Of a stretch of 7,256 nt of DNA, positions 7,038 to 7,256 are shown in pieces; the stretch's first letter is position 1, and the number at the start of each line of letters is the position of its first letter. The position numbers and the translations under genes are program-made. The notes below the pieces were generated by a model. It saw only the letters and a list, made by a program, of their open reading frames with translations, was not told the DNA's origin and did not search any database. The stretch lies in IMG/VR virus record IMGVR_UViG_2778261657_000007; one strand, written 5' to 3'. This DNA comes from a virus (taxonomy: Duplodnaviria > Heunggongvirae > Uroviricota > Caudoviricetes).

Positions 7038-7256
7038 ATGTTTCATTGTCCTTTATGCCAGCATGCCGCACATGCGCGTACAAGCCGCTATATCACTGAC
7101 ACGACAAAAGAGCGTTATCACCAGTGTCAGAACGTGAATTGCAGCGCCACGTTCATCACTTATGAGTCGGTACAGCGATACATCGTGAAGCCGGGAGAAG
7201 TCCACGCCGTAAGACCGCACCCGTTGCCGTCAGGGCAGCAAATTATGTGGATGTAA
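7038..7256 (+). CDS. ogr: Late gene transcriptional activator Ogr (Ogr/Delta zinc-finger family)
   Basis: 72-aa product MFHCPLCQHAAHARTSRYITDTTKERYHQCQNVNC... with Cys4-X2-Cys7-X22-Cys30-X4-Cys35, the Ogr/Delta Cys4 zinc-binding arrangement. SD GGAAGAGGTG at 7022-7031. The six-frame ORF begins at 6975, but that extension lacks an RBS and overlaps the AT-rich promoter region, so the internal ATG at 7038 is taken as the start. Confidence 0.88.
   Translation: MFHCPLCQHAAHARTSRYITDTTKERYHQCQNVNCSATFITYESVQRYIVKPGEVHAVRPHPLPSGQQIMWM

Noticed and set aside
1-7256. Searched for tRNA/ncRNA genes, CRISPR repeats, IS elements or a defence/toxin cargo cassette
   Set aside because: No direct repeat arrays, no terminal inverted repeats flanking a transposase-like ORF, no tRNA-like sequence, and no unexplained ORF outside the conserved tail module. 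Apart from short intergenic regulatory gaps, the whole window is accounted for by the invertase and the FI-FII-E-T-U-D-ogr genes.

Overview
The whole window is a co-directional (+ strand) block that reads as the tail-assembly module of a P2-like temperate myovirus prophage, preceded by a serine DNA invertase. Order: Hin/Gin/Pin/Cin-family invertase (1-594), tail sheath FI (654-1844), tail tube FII (1857-2375), tail chaperone E (2432-2707) with its -1 frameshift extension E+E' (to 2859), tape measure T (2852-5299), tail protein U (5314-5793), baseplate hub / late control protein D (5793-6956), then an AT-rich promoter region and the Cys4 zinc-finger late activator Ogr (7038-7256). Identifications rest on ORF lengths matching the P2 proteins (396/172/91/142/815/159/387/72 aa), recognisable motifs, the conserved gene order and Shine-Dalgarno placement; no database search was possible. 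I see no RNA genes, CRISPR arrays or IS elements. I do not find convincing evidence of a novel or undescribed system here: this looks like a conserved structural module. The only accessory element is the invertase, which sits where prototype P2 carries the Z/fun locus; the DNA segment it would invert must lie upstream, outside the window. Points worth a second look are the E/E' recoding site, a perfect palindrome between FII and E, the invertase context, a lysine-rich insert in D and the ogr promoter.
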